DNA of 64,000 nucleotides from Methanomassiliicoccales archaeon. GTDB taxonomy: Archaea > Thermoplasmatota > Thermoplasmata > Methanomassiliicoccales > UBA472. How positions within the stretch are numbered: position 1 is the stretch's first letter; each line of letters starts with the position of its first letter. Positions 52,011-62,252 of this stretch are shown one piece after another. The translations under genes and the position numbers were made by a program. Location of the stretch: contig JAPKYK010000003.1 in NCBI GenBank assembly GCA_026394395.1, positions 12,547 through 76,546 on the forward strand, read 5' to 3'. Below the pieces are notes generated by a model. It was not told the DNA's origin and did no database searches. It worked only from the letters and a program-made list of their open reading frames with translations.

Positions 52011-52252
52011 TCAACGCACCGAAGGAGTGATGATGTACCCATAATAATACAATTTTCATCATCGGCAAATGATTTGCATCATCTTTCATAGACAAACAAA
52101 CTATCAGTCGCTCTTTTCAGCTTAAATATTTAGATTTTTGTCTACAGTGTATAAATAATCACTGTCCATTCATCTAATTATTAACGGACAACATTCATAT
52201 AATGACAGTATATCCCATCGTGTCATAGTATAACAAGGAGAGTGAGATCACC

Positions 52253-53866
52253 TTGAACATTATAGAGAACAGTAGGTCCACAACTGGTACGAAGACACGT
52301 GTGCAGGACATCAGCCCGGTGAATGGAATGTGCCCCATTTGCATAGAGGATTGCAATGTCCTTTGTGAAGTGGGGAAGTCCGCCTTCCGCGGACGCGAAG
52401 TCCTCTATCCCATGCCGGAGTACTTCGGAAAGAGCACCGCGGCCTCCAACAAGGATTTCCATATGGACTGGTCGCATTTCCAGATCATGGCCGAGCTGAT
52501 CGGGGCCCAGGGCATCGAGCCCACCCCGGACAAGGCCTTCTTCGAGAACGTCGACATCAACACCAGCGTGGCCACCAGGTCCAAGAAGCCGATAAAGCTC
52601 AAAGTACCGCTGGTAATCGCCGGACTGGGTTCCACCGCCGTGGCCAAGCGTTACTGGGAGGCCATGGCCAAGGGCGCCGCCATCAGCGGCATCATCCAGA
52701 CCGTGGGCGAGAACGTCTGTGGCATGGACCCTGATTCCATCTATAGCAAGGGAAAGGTGACCAAGTCACCTGACCTGGTCTTCCGTGTTTCCTCCTTCAG
52801 GGAATTGTGGGACGGCAAGTACGGTGGCATCGCCGTACAGACCAACGTCGAGGACCAGCGCGGCGGCGTGGACGAGTACGCCCTGTCCAAGCTGGAGGTC
52901 GACATCATCGAGAGAAAGTGGGGCCAGGGCGCCAAGGCCATCGGCGGCGAGGTCCGGCTGACCACTTTGGAAAGGGCATTGGAGCTCAAGAAGAGGGGCT
53001 ACCTGGTGCTGCCTGACCCCGAAGACAAGGACGTCCAGGAGTCGTTCAAGGCCGGGGCTTTCAAAAGCTTCGAGAGGCACTCCCGGGTCGGCTTCCCCGA
53101 GCACAAGTCCTTCGTGGAGGACGTGGAGGACCTGCGGTCCAAGGGCGCCAAGTACGTGTTCCTGAAGACCGGCGCCTACCGCCCGGAGGTCGTAGCGTTC
53201 ACGATGAAGGCCGCTTCCGAGGCCAAGATCGATATGCTGACCTTCGACGGTGCCGGCGGCGGCACTGGCATGTCCCCGGTCCCCATGATGAACGAGATGA
53301 GCACCCCCACCGTGCATCTGCAGGCGCAGGTGCTCATGTGCACCCAGATAATGAAGAAGAAAAAGAAGTTCATACCCGACCTGGTCATGGCCGGCGGTTT
53401 CGTCAACGAGACGCAGATCTTCAAGTCCATGGCCATGAGCAACATGGGCGACGGCCCGCTGGTGAAGGCCATCGCCATGGCCAGGGCCCCGCTGCTGACG
53501 GTCATGAAGAGCCAGAACTTTGTCAAGCTGGCCGAGACGAACGAACTGCCCAGCAGCTTCACCGCCGCATACGGGAACGACCCCAGGCGCTTCTTCATCG
53601 CCGCGCAGGACATCGAGGACCGCTTCCCCGGCAAGAAACTGGGAAAGGACATCCCCTACGGGGCCGTGGGCGAGTACACCTACTTCGTCGATCGCGTTGG
53701 CGAAGGAATGAAGCAGCTCATGGCCGGAAGCCGCAAGTTCACCCTTCAGAACATGGCCCGCTCGGACCTCGCCTCCCTGACCCCCTACGCCGAGAAGGTC
53801 ACCGGGATCGAGACCCTCGAGAACATGGCCCAGAGGGTCATGCTGCCGATGCTGGAGAAATGGTGA
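52253..53866 (+). CDS. Glutamate-synthase-related FMN-binding protein (GltB domain-2-like)
   Basis: AAGGAGA lies upstream of a TTG start. N-terminal Cys cluster CPICIEDCNVLC. FMN-domain motif FDGAGGGTGMSP. Confidence 0.75.
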   Translation: MNIIENSRSTTGTKTRVQDISPVNGMCPICIEDCNVLCEVGKSAFRGREVLYPMPEYFGKSTAASNKDFHMDWSHFQIMAELIGAQGIEPTPDKAFFENVDINTSVATRSKKPIKLKVPLVIAGLGSTAVAKRYWEAMAKGAAISGIIQTVGENVCGMDPDSIYSKGKVTKSPDLVFRVSSFRELWDGKYGGIAVQTNVEDQRGGVDEYALSKLEVDIIERKWGQGAKAIGGEVRLTTLERALELKKRGYLVLPDPEDKDVQESFKAGAFKSFERHSRVGFPEHKSFVEDVEDLRSKGAKYVFLKTGAYRPEVVAFTMKAASEAKIDMLTFDGAGGGTGMSPVPMMNEMSTPTVHLQAQVLMCTQIMKKKKKFIPDLVMAGGFVNETQIFKSMAMSNMGDGPLVKAIAMARAPLLTVMKSQNFVKLAETNELPSSFTAAYGNDPRRFFIAAQDIEDRFPGKKLGKDIPYGAVGEYTYFVDRVGEGMKQLMAGSRKFTLQNMARSDLASLTPYAEKVTGIETLENMAQRVMLPMLEKW

Positions 53867-53903
53867 GCCGTCTTCTTCTAAACCTCAAAAACCCCTTTCC
53901 TCA

Positions 53904-53913
53904 TTTTTTATTT
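53904..53913 (+). terminator. Oligo-T tract between convergent genes
   Basis: TTTTTTATTT lies 38 nt after the stop of the GltB-like gene. Archaeal terminators are typically oligo-T runs. Confidence 0.3.
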
Positions 53914-53957
53914 ACTGCGATCCTCGTGAATGTGCTCATCGTCTCATCCGGCTGGAA

Positions 53958-55169
53958 CTAGTCTTTCTTGGCCCTGAAGAACATGAGCAGCAAGGGCAAT
54001 GAGATGAACTGCAGGATGATGGAGATGGTTATCATCATCGGGATGGAGATGTCGTAAATCACTCCCAGTAGCACCGAGCCAACGAACCAGAACGAACCGA
54101 AAATGGTGTTGTAATACCCGTAGGCGGTGGCGCGGCAGCCCATGGGCGCCAGGTCGGCCACCAACGCCCTCATGATGGATTCCTGCGAGCCCATGCCGAG
54201 TCCGAATAGCACCATACCAAAAGCGATTAGCCAGGTCGAGTCGGAGAAGGTGAACAGGGGGAAGAAGGCCGTGGGAATGATCACCACCAGGAGCACCTTC
54301 GGACCTATCTTGTCGAAATACTTGCCAAGGACCATGGCCGAGATGGCGTCCGCCCCCATGGCCAGAGCGTAAAGCAAGGGGATCATGGCGCTGTCCGTTA
54401 TGGAATGGTTCTCGATGTGGTAGGCGATCAGAGGGTAGTCGACGTACCCGGCGGCCAGGAAGGCGGCCGCCAATGCGTATATCCAGAAACGCCTGGGAAG
54501 GACGGGCTTGACGAACGGCGTGGCCTCTTCCATCTGCTGGGGCTTGGGGTATCTTTTATACGTATAATACAGAAGAACGAGGGTTATCACCGCAGGTATG
54601 CCCATGAACAGGAAGCTTTCGGAATAGGACCCCCCGCACATGAAGACCAGGGCTATCATGACCGGTCCAACCATGGCGCCTACCGAGGAAAGAGCTTCCT
54701 GCACGCCGAAGGCCCATCCCCTCCCGGTCTTGCTGGAGGCGTGGGACAGCATGGCGTCCCGGGCCGGCGACCTCACCGCCTTGCCCATGCGCTCCATCAT
54801 CATCAGTATGGCGACGGAGTACCAGTCCCCGGCGAAGGCCAGCATGGGGATGGCGATAAGGTTCATGGTGTAACCGATCAGAACAATGGTCCAATACTTG
54901 CCCGTGCGGTCGGTCACGTGCCCGGACACCACCCTCCAACCGTACCCGATGAACTCACCGAAACCGGCCACCAGGCTGACCACCGCGGCGCTGGCCCCCA
55001 ACGTCTTGAGGTAGGAACCGCTTATGCTCCTGGCGCCCTCGTAGGACATGTCGGCGAAGAGGCTTACCACGCCGAGCAGGATGATGAAATAGGTGGCGTA
55101 TTTTAGGGAATGGCTTGCGCTGAGGCTACCGCTATCCTCCCTCCCTCCCATCAATTTACGAATATCCAC
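53958..55169 (-). CDS. MFS transporter
   Basis: About 12 hydrophobic segments. MFS-type loop GHVTDRTGKYW between TM2 and TM3. Confidence 0.8.
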   Translation of the reverse strand: MDIRKLMGGREDSGSLSASHSLKYATYFIILLGVVSLFADMSYEGARSISGSYLKTLGASAAVVSLVAGFGEFIGYGWRVVSGHVTDRTGKYWTIVLIGYTMNLIAIPMLAFAGDWYSVAILMMMERMGKAVRSPARDAMLSHASSKTGRGWAFGVQEALSSVGAMVGPVMIALVFMCGGSYSESFLFMGIPAVITLVLLYYTYKRYPKPQQMEEATPFVKPVLPRRFWIYALAAAFLAAGYVDYPLIAYHIENHSITDSAMIPLLYALAMGADAISAMVLGKYFDKIGPKVLLVVIIPTAFFPLFTFSDSTWLIAFGMVLFGLGMGSQESIMRALVADLAPMGCRATAYGYYNTIFGSFWFVGSVLLGVIYDISIPMMITISIILQFISLPLLLMFFRAKKD

Positions 55170-55304
55170 TGGTGCATCCCATCCCTAGGAGCTAACCAAG
55201 TGGCGACATACATTACTGAATGAACATATAATACCTTCATCAATACTAACGGCTGTCTAGAAAATGGTAAGGTAGATTACCAAGCAGCTTCGTTAGCGCT
55301 CTCC

Positions 55305-57311
55305 ATGAACGATGGTCGGAAGGGCAATCGCCTGATCGATGAGAGAAGCCCCTACCTCCTCCAGCATGCGCATAACCCGGTGGATTGGTACCCCTGGGGA
55401 AAGGAGGTCTTTGAGACGGCGAAACGCCTGGACCGCCCCATATTCCTCTCCATAGGCTATTCATCATGCCACTGGTGCCATGTGATGGAAAGGGAATCGT
55501 TCGAGGACCCGGAGATCGCCAAGCTGATGAACCGGGCCTTCATCAACATAAAGGTGGACCGGGAAGAGCGCCCGGACGTGGACAGCCTCTACATGAAGGT
55601 GTGCCAGATGATGACGGGCGGCGGAGGCTGGCCCCTCACCATAATCATGACCCCGGACCGGGTGCCCTTCTGGGCCGGGACCTACCTTCCACGGTTCACA
55701 AGGCAGGGGATGCCTGGCATGCTGGACCTAGTTCCAGCGGTGGAGAGGACCTGGAACGAGAGAAGGGAGGATATAATGGACGTCGCGGTCAACGTCCTGG
55801 AAATGCTCGACTCCATCGTCCGGGAACCGGTCGAAGGGGACGTCTCCTCCTTACCGGAACTGGCATTGGAAAAGATGAAGGAGGACTATGAACCGCGGCA
55901 CGGAGGCTTTGACGGGGAACGCAAGTTCCCCAGTCCCCACAAGCTTCTGTTCCTGTTGCGTCTTTGGAAGGAGAAGCAGGACCAGAGCGCGCTGGACATG
56001 GCCACGTTCACCCTGGACAATATGATCATGGGCGGGATCAGGGACCATGTCGGGGGAGGCTTCCATCGCTATTCCACCGACCCGCGATGGCATGTGCCCC
56101 ATTTCGAGACGATGCTCAACGACCAGGCGCTTATCCTCATAGCCCTCTCCGAGGCTTACGCCGCCACCTCAAAGGAAGCGTACAAGCAAGCGGCGGAGGA
56201 GCTGATGGCCTACGTGGAAGAGCGGCTCACCTCCCCAGAGGGGGCCTTCTATTCGTCGGAGGACGCTGACGCCGCGGGGGAAGAAGGCTCCTATTATCTA
56301 TGGACGTACAGCGAGCTGTCCGCGCTCCTTGGTCCAGAGGACCTGGCGACCTTCAAGGAGCTTTACGACGTCTGGGATTCTGGCAATTACCGGGACGAGG
56401 CCACCCGCATGAGGTCTGGAAAGAACGTCCTGCATCTGACCTCCTTCGTCTCTGAACATGCGGCCAAGAAGGGCAAGGACCCGGAGGCCATGATGGCCTG
56501 GAACGTTCAGATGAGAGGCAGGTTGAAGGAAGCGAGACGAAAACGACCCTCGCCTGCCTTGGACGATAAGGTCCTGGCGGATTGGAACTGCCTTATGATC
56601 GTCGCCCTTTGCTCCGCCCATCGCTATCTAGGAACAGAAAATGCCTTGAAGAAGGCCGAACGGGCCTTGGCCTTTGTCGAGGAGCGTATGGTCGTGGAGG
56701 ACGACCTGCAGCATAGCTGGCGGGAGGGCGCGGCCTCCATACCGGCCTTCCTGGACGATTACGCCTGCCTGACCTGGGCCCACCTGGAGATGTACTATCT
56801 GACATATGCACCTGGTCACCTGGAGAGAGCCCTGGCCTTGGCCGAGAGGATGCTGGTGCTTTTCGTCGATCGGGAGGATGGAGGCTTCTACCTATCGCGG
56901 GAGGACCCCGCTCTGCTGGTCCGGATAAAGGACCTTTACGACGGAGCGCTGCCTTCCGGCAACTCCGTCGCCTACTACACGTTCGCACAACTTGCTACCC
57001 TTTTCGACGATGCCAGGATCGTTAACGCCATGGAGAGCGTGGAGCATCATTTCCTGGACGAGCTGCGGACGTTCCCGGCCGCGCACGCCATGTTCATAAA
57101 CGGTGTCCTGATGAAGAGGGAGGGCAAGATGCTGGAGATGTTCGGGGGGGCGAAGCTGCCGTTGGCCGGTTATCACCCGCACCTGCTGATGATAATGGCT
57201 GAGCACATGGAGGGAGGAGCAGTCAGGAACGAACCTGGCTTCCGCCTTTGCACCAAAGGCCAGTGCCTGCCGGAGACGAACGACCCCTTGGAGATATTGA
57301 AGCTGTTATAA
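55305..57311 (+). CDS. Thioredoxin-domain protein of the DUF255/YyaL family with a C-terminal (alpha/alpha)6-barrel-like domain
   Basis: [54 protein letters not shown]. Confidence 0.85.
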   Translation: MNDGRKGNRLIDERSPYLLQHAHNPVDWYPWGKEVFETAKRLDRPIFLSIGYSSCHWCHVMERESFEDPEIAKLMNRAFINIKVDREERPDVDSLYMKVCQMMTGGGGWPLTIIMTPDRVPFWAGTYLPRFTRQGMPGMLDLVPAVERTWNERREDIMDVAVNVLEMLDSIVREPVEGDVSSLPELALEKMKEDYEPRHGGFDGERKFPSPHKLLFLLRLWKEKQDQSALDMATFTLDNMIMGGIRDHVGGGFHRYSTDPRWHVPHFETMLNDQALILIALSEAYAATSKEAYKQAAEELMAYVEERLTSPEGAFYSSEDADAAGEEGSYYLWTYSELSALLGPEDLATFKELYDVWDSGNYRDEATRMRSGKNVLHLTSFVSEHAAKKGKDPEAMMAWNVQMRGRLKEARRKRPSPALDDKVLADWNCLMIVALCSAHRYLGTENALKKAERALAFVEERMVVEDDLQHSWREGAASIPAFLDDYACLTWAHLEMYYLTYAPGHLERALALAERMLVLFVDREDGGFYLSREDPALLVRIKDLYDGALPSGNSVAYYTFAQLATLFDDARIVNAMESVEHHFLDELRTFPAAHAMFINGVLMKREGKMLEMFGGAKLPLAGYHPHLLMIMAEHMEGGAVRNEPGFRLCTKGQCLPETNDPLEILKLL

Positions 57312-57890
57312 TAGGTCAAAGGCCGCGGCCAGTGCCCCGTCCTCCGCCTTGGCTACGGTGGATGCGGTGCCGATGATGATGGCGTCCCCGTCCCGGAGGT
57401 TGAACGCGCTTTGCAGGCATTTCGCAAGGACCGGGTCCTGGTCATCGATGATGAAATCAGGCGGGACGATGAGCTTGCCCCCCCTGACCACAAGGGTGGT
57501 GGCGCCCTCGGCCCCGGCTATGATGGCCGAGTCCCGCTGCTCCACGCCGAGCTTGATCTTGTCGCCGTTATTGCTCATCTGCACGGCCACGCACTCCTGG
57601 CCTAAGGCGATGGAGCCGTGCCCGATGCTGACCATCTTAATCGGAAGGTCGGAAAGGAAGGCGTTCCCGTGGCGGGTGATCTTGACGCCCGTCTGCCGGA
57701 TGTCGATCATGTCCAGTCCACGGAGGTATTCGATTATGGTTCGCATGCTGCCTTCGCCGATGCCTACCGCCTCCGCTATCTGCTTGCGTCCCTTGCGCTT
57801 CTGGTCCGAGAGCACCATCAGCGTGCGGTACACGTGGTGGTTGCCAAAACGGTGCACTGGACCATAGCGGGGCAGATCGACGAGCTTCAT
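57306..57890 (-). CDS. DUF4443-like archaeal protein with an N-terminal winged helix
   Basis: The start was moved to the ATG at 57890, 2 nt after the SAM synthetase stop. [41 protein letters not shown]. The family name is from memory. Confidence 0.55.
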   Translation of the reverse strand: MKLVDLPRYGPVHRFGNHHVYRTLMVLSDQKRKGRKQIAEAVGIGEGSMRTIIEYLRGLDMIDIRQTGVKITRHGNAFLSDLPIKMVSIGHGSIALGQECVAVQMSNNGDKIKLGVEQRDSAIIAGAEGATTLVVRGGKLIVPPDFIIDDQDPVLAKCLQSAFNLRDGDAIIIGTASTVAKAEDGALAAAFDLL

Positions 57891-57892
57891 GC

Positions 57893-59191
57893 CTAGAATA
57901 CCGTGACCTGTCCTTTTACAACTTTCTCCGTGACCTTGCCTATGTTCTCCAACCACTCGTCGGATATGGCATAGGCCTCCTTCTGCCACTTGTTGAAGTC
58001 GGCACCAGGGGCCAGGAACAGCTGTACGCTGCAGGTCTCCGGGTCGCTGATGGGCCGGCCGATCTGGGAAAGAATGCGTACGTCGGCCTCCAGGACGTTT
58101 CCGTTGCTCTTCTTCACGATGTCGTTGGCGATCCAGTTGGCCAGGATGTTGTACATCTTGCCCACATGGGTGATGGGGTTCTTTCCGGCGGAGGCCTCCA
58201 TGGACATAGGGCGGTACGGCGTTATGAGACCGTTCATACGGTTGCCGCGTCCTACAGATCCGTCGTCGCCGTTCTCCACGCTCAAGCCGGTGACCGTCAG
58301 GTAGAAGTTGCCAGTGGCCGGGTTGTCAGCGTGATTTATCTCTGCCTTAAGGTCGTAATCGGTGAACTTAGTGGCATTGTCCAGCACCCTCTCCTTCATC
58401 TCCTCGATAACGCTGATGTAGTGGTCGGCGTCGGGGATGTAGCGGTCGACCATGGCGCAGGCGATTGTCATGTTTATCTTCTTGTCTTTGCGAGAGCACA
58501 TGACCTTGACGTCCTCCCCGGTCTCCTTGAGCTTCTTCTTCATGGCCCCGTTGATGTACTTCTCGGTCTCCAGGCATACCAGCTCCGTTTCGGAAAAGGG
58601 AGCAAAGGAGCAACCGAAGGATGTGTCATTGGCCAGCAGGCAATGGTTGCCGTGCCCGTCCATCTTGCACTGGTCCTTCAAGGCCTCGAAGTTCTTGATC
58701 AGGTCGAAGGAGCCCTTGCCGATGCGGCAGTCGACGGTGATATGCCTGTAGACGTCCAGGTTGGGGAAGCGCTTCAGGTACTCCTTGGTGGCAGAGATGG
58801 CCGTGGTGCTGTACGGTAAGCGCTCTCCATTCACCTGGGTGATGGCCCTTCCGGAAAGAACGATATGGATGGGCTCCAGTACCTCGCCGCCTCCGAACTT
58901 GGGGTTGCTCTGCCCGCCCACGACCTCGTTCTGGTCGGTGTTGTGGTGCAGTATCTCCCCGAACCTTTCCAGATACATTTTACACAGAGCGAGCGAAACG
59001 GCCTCGGCGATACCGTCGGAAATGCTGTCCGGGTGACCTATGCCTTTTCTTTCGACCAATTCCACGTTCTGTTGGGCCAACGGAGTGGCCAGGATGCTTT
59101 CGACCAGGATGTTCTTGGATGCTTTCTTGGGGGAGCCCTTTCGGGCCACGGGCTTTGCCGTCGCCTTTACCTTCTGACTGACCTTAGCCAT
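57893..59191 (-). CDS. mat: Archaeal-type S-adenosylmethionine synthetase
   Basis: VELVERKGIGHPDSISDGIAE and overall archaeal MAT layout. A Lys-rich stretch of about 25-30 aa precedes the conserved core, so the start is uncertain. Confidence 0.9.
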   Translation of the reverse strand: MAKVSQKVKATAKPVARKGSPKKASKNILVESILATPLAQQNVELVERKGIGHPDSISDGIAEAVSLALCKMYLERFGEILHHNTDQNEVVGGQSNPKFGGGEVLEPIHIVLSGRAITQVNGERLPYSTTAISATKEYLKRFPNLDVYRHITVDCRIGKGSFDLIKNFEALKDQCKMDGHGNHCLLANDTSFGCSFAPFSETELVCLETEKYINGAMKKKLKETGEDVKVMCSRKDKKINMTIACAMVDRYIPDADHYISVIEEMKERVLDNATKFTDYDLKAEINHADNPATGNFYLTVTGLSVENGDDGSVGRGNRMNGLITPYRPMSMEASAGKNPITHVGKMYNILANWIANDIVKKSNGNVLEADVRILSQIGRPISDPETCSVQLFLAPGADFNKWQKEAYAISDEWLENIGKVTEKVVKGQVTVF

Positions 59192-59285
59192 GATAGATTC
59201 ACCTTTAATTTACCAAGTCCGATAGTGCGGACTGGATAAGGCTTGTGAAATTCGTAATTTAATATAAGGCTGATTGCCTCTAATA

Positions 59286-59297
59286 TTCATATATGAA
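59286..59297. promoter_or_regulatory. Perfect 12-bp palindrome TTCATATATGAA overlapping a TATA-like element
   Basis: Lies 18 nt upstream of the ATG of the HTH-CBS gene, in the divergent intergenic region shared with the SAM synthetase gene. Confidence 0.3.
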
Positions 59298-59314
59298 TAA
59301 ACATATCGACCTTC

Positions 59315-59878
59315 ATGAAGTTCCCGCAAGAGGCGGAGATCAAGCGCCTTCGTAAGTCCTTGGACATCACGCAATCGGAGCTGGCCCGGCTCAGCGGAGT
59401 GAGCCAATCCACCATCGCCAAACTGGAAAGGGGCAGCATCCACGGTAGTTACGAGGCGGTAACGAAGATATTCACTTCCCTGCAGGAGGAATCACGCAAG
59501 CGCTCCAAGGTCAGCCGCGCGGTTGACCTATCCACCAAGCAGATCGTGGGGGTTCAGGCCAACGAACTGGTCAGAGCGGCCACCGACCTGATGCGCTCCT
59601 CGGGGATATCTCAAATGCCAGTATTTCTTGGGCGACAGCACGTGGGCAGTATAAGCGAACAACAGATATTGGCCAGATTGCGGGATGGTGAACGCATGGA
59701 GACCATCGTGGAACTAAAGGTGGGTGATGTCATGGACGAGGCCTTCCCCATAGTGAGCGAGGATACCCCCATCGAGGCGGTGACCGCACTGCTGAGCACT
59801 TCGCACGCGGTCATGGTAGCCAGGAAGGGCGACATGAGCGGGATTATCACCTCGGCGGACCTTCTTAAGCTGATGTGA
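59315..59878 (+). CDS. Transcriptional regulator with an XRE-type HTH and a CBS domain pair
   Basis: HTH: LDITQSELARLSGVSQSTIAKLERG. Two CBS motifs (ATDLMRSSGISQMPVF...GSISEQQIL; VGDVMDEAFPIVSEDTPIEAV...GIITSADLLK). Confidence 0.8.
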   Translation: MKFPQEAEIKRLRKSLDITQSELARLSGVSQSTIAKLERGSIHGSYEAVTKIFTSLQEESRKRSKVSRAVDLSTKQIVGVQANELVRAATDLMRSSGISQMPVFLGRQHVGSISEQQILARLRDGERMETIVELKVGDVMDEAFPIVSEDTPIEAVTALLSTSHAVMVARKGDMSGIITSADLLKLM

Positions 59879-59895
59879 CATTATTCGTAAATGAA

Positions 59896-60804
59896 TTACT
59901 TGTCCATCAGCAGAACGAACGTGTCCAGATCATTCGGTATGATGGTATTTGGGAATATTTCCTGCGCTTCTTTTAAAAGCGGTGCGGCGTCCTCGTAGCG
60001 GCCGCTGATATGGACCAGGTACAGCGTTCCCACCCCGGCATCCCTGGCCAGGACGGCCGCGTCCATGGCCGTGCTGTGCCGGTACTCCCTGGCCTTAGCC
60101 TCAAGGTCAGAGGCCACCGTGGCCTCGTGAACCAGCACGTCCGCCTTCCTGCTGGCCAGGGCCAGCTCTGAGCAGGGGGCGGTGTCCCCGCTGTAGACCA
60201 CCTTGAGACCCTTTCGGCTCGGCCCCATGACCATGTCCGGCGTGACGACCGTATTGCCAACCTTCACGTTCTCCCCTCGGACCAGCTTAGAGAAGTTTGG
60301 TCCTTCTTTGACCCCCAATGATAAAGCCTTCTCCGGTTCGAACCGACCGGGTCGCTCATCCTCTTGGAAGACGAAGCCCAGCGAGGGAATGACGTGGTCG
60401 GTGCGGACCGCTTCCACCACATATCCTTCGCCGACCATCGTCTCCTTCGGGTCGAGGTCCTGCCCAGTGACCTCGTATTTGAGGTCGAACTCCCCCAACG
60501 TGAGTATCTTTTCGATAAGGTCGGCCGTCCCTTCCGGACCGTACACCTTCAGCGGTGACATCCGGCCGTAGAAGTTCATGGATTGGATAAGCCCAGGCAG
60601 GCCCAGGAAGTGGTCCCCGTGATGGTGGCTGATGAATATGGTGGTGATGCGCATGAAGGAGACCGAGGAGGACATCAACTGGCGTTGGGTCCCTTCCCCG
60701 CAATCGAACAGCAGCACCTCCGGACCGATGCGCAGTGCGATCGAGACGCAGTTGCGCTTGGTTGTGGGCACGCTGCCGCCGGTCCCCAGGAAGGTCAGGT
60801 CCAT
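59896..60804 (-). CDS. rnz: Ribonuclease Z
   Basis: MDLTFLGTGGSVPTTKRN, FDCGEGTQRQL, ISHHHGDHFLGLPGL and a C-terminal HISGRY. Confidence 0.9.
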   Translation of the reverse strand: MDLTFLGTGGSVPTTKRNCVSIALRIGPEVLLFDCGEGTQRQLMSSSVSFMRITTIFISHHHGDHFLGLPGLIQSMNFYGRMSPLKVYGPEGTADLIEKILTLGEFDLKYEVTGQDLDPKETMVGEGYVVEAVRTDHVIPSLGFVFQEDERPGRFEPEKALSLGVKEGPNFSKLVRGENVKVGNTVVTPDMVMGPSRKGLKVVYSGDTAPCSELALASRKADVLVHEATVASDLEAKAREYRHSTAMDAAVLARDAGVGTLYLVHISGRYEDAAPLLKEAQEIFPNTIIPNDLDTFVLLMDK

Positions 60805-60822
60805 GTCTCCCCCATTCCGTTT

Positions 60823-61956
60823 CTAGGCTATTACGCCTTTCTCCTTTTTGACCATATAACGATTGCCTATGATGAACACAAATAAGCCGATTATGGCCAG
60901 GGCCGTGGCGATGTACATGGAACCATGATACCCGAGGACGTAAACGGTCGCTCCGCCGACCAGGGCACCGATGATGGCCGAGACGCTCAGAGAGGACTGG
61001 AGAAGGCCGGACGCCGTTCCCTTCTCGTCGTTCCTCTCCATCAGATATTTGATAGACCCGACGTACAGGCAGGACCAGGCCGCAGCGATGGACACCTGCA
61101 TGGGGATGATCTCCTCGGGACTGGTGGCCAGGGTGTACGATGGGAAGGTCAGTATGGAGAACAGGAAACCGGCCATGACCAGATGGTAGGTCTGGAAGCG
61201 ATCGATGAAGCGCATGAACACGTACTGGCACACGGCGTTTATACCGTATACGAAGCCGATGAAGAGCGGGCTGGCCCCCAGGTCGTATAGGAAGAGCGGG
61301 TAGACCACCCATATCATGTTCGCTCCGATATGCCGGAACATGATGGATAGGTAGACTGGGAAGTTGTGCTTGATTATGTGCACGGGGAAGAAAGGCACCT
61401 TGTGCATCTTCTCCCCGGTGAAGGTGAGGCGCATGGAGATGAAGTAGGCCGCCAACAGCATCAGCGCGCTCAACAGGAATATCTCATAGTAGACGGCGAT
61501 CAGTCCGGCGATGAAGTTGCCGATACCGAACCCCAGGCTACCGTAGGCGGTGAACTTGCCTATCTTGCCCTCGTTCTCGTACACGTGGGCCAACAGGGCC
61601 GAGGGATATATCCCGGCGCATAGTCCGATAAGTATGCGCACTACAGCGATGGATTCCTTGCTGTCGGCGAACACCAGCAGGAACAGGGCGATGCTGGTGA
61701 GTGCCAGCCCTCCTTGCATGTATAACCTGCGACCATGAATGTCCGAAGCTCGACCGAAGATGTAAGATGAGATGAAAAGCGCCAGGTTGAAGGAGGCTGT
61801 AATGAGGCCGATCTCCATGATGTTGGCGCCCAGATCGTCCCGCAACATGTTGGGGATGAGCAGGGCGGCGCCGGAAAGACCGGCGCTGGAGAGCACCTGG
61901 ATGTAACCTGCCTTCATGTCCGAGGTGATTGGTTTGGGGATTTTATCCTTTGCCAA
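60823..61956 (-). CDS. MFS transporter
   Basis: About 11-12 hydrophobic segments. MFS loop GRASDIHGRR. Confidence 0.8.
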   Translation of the reverse strand: MAKDKIPKPITSDMKAGYIQVLSSAGLSGAALLIPNMLRDDLGANIMEIGLITASFNLALFISSYIFGRASDIHGRRLYMQGGLALTSIALFLLVFADSKESIAVVRILIGLCAGIYPSALLAHVYENEGKIGKFTAYGSLGFGIGNFIAGLIAVYYEIFLLSALMLLAAYFISMRLTFTGEKMHKVPFFPVHIIKHNFPVYLSIMFRHIGANMIWVVYPLFLYDLGASPLFIGFVYGINAVCQYVFMRFIDRFQTYHLVMAGFLFSILTFPSYTLATSPEEIIPMQVSIAAAWSCLYVGSIKYLMERNDEKGTASGLLQSSLSVSAIIGALVGGATVYVLGYHGSMYIATALAIIGLFVFIIGNRYMVKKEKGVIA

Positions 61957-62172
61957 TCAGCGGCCCAAGGTCTCGATCTCGCGGCCGTTCTTAGAGAGCT
62001 TCTTGTATTCCTTGTAATGCTGTTTGCACAGATGCACCCGTTTCAGTCCTTCGGCGACTTTGAGACCGGCGTCGTCCGCCGCATCGCCAGAGATGGACCT
62101 TTCAGCCTCGGCCTCGCATCCCTTTACATCGCAAGGCTTGTTCCCCTTTCTAGCGTGATGTGCTTCCGCCAT
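61957..62172 (-). CDS. Small Cys/His-containing protein (71 aa)
   Basis: PCDVKGCEAEAERS...HLCKQHYKEYKK. Its stop directly abuts the MFS start codon. Confidence 0.5.
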   Translation of the reverse strand: MAEAHHARKGNKPCDVKGCEAEAERSISGDAADDAGLKVAEGLKRVHLCKQHYKEYKKLSKNGREIETLGR

Positions 62173-62252
62173 ACACCTGGAAATCCCATGGCGATATAAT
62201 AGGATTGCCTCTACGGGGATATCATTATGTCCTACTCGAAGAATGAAATTTC

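Noticed and set aside
52030-52100. Possible C/D-box sRNA (GTGATGA and CGATGATGA elements)
   Set aside because: There is no CUGA D box at an appropriate distance on either strand and no terminal stem.
60356-61312. 318-aa minus-strand ORF spanning the RNase Z / MFS gene boundary
   Set aside because: It is off-frame relative to two well-supported genes and is Arg/Gly/Pro/His-rich.
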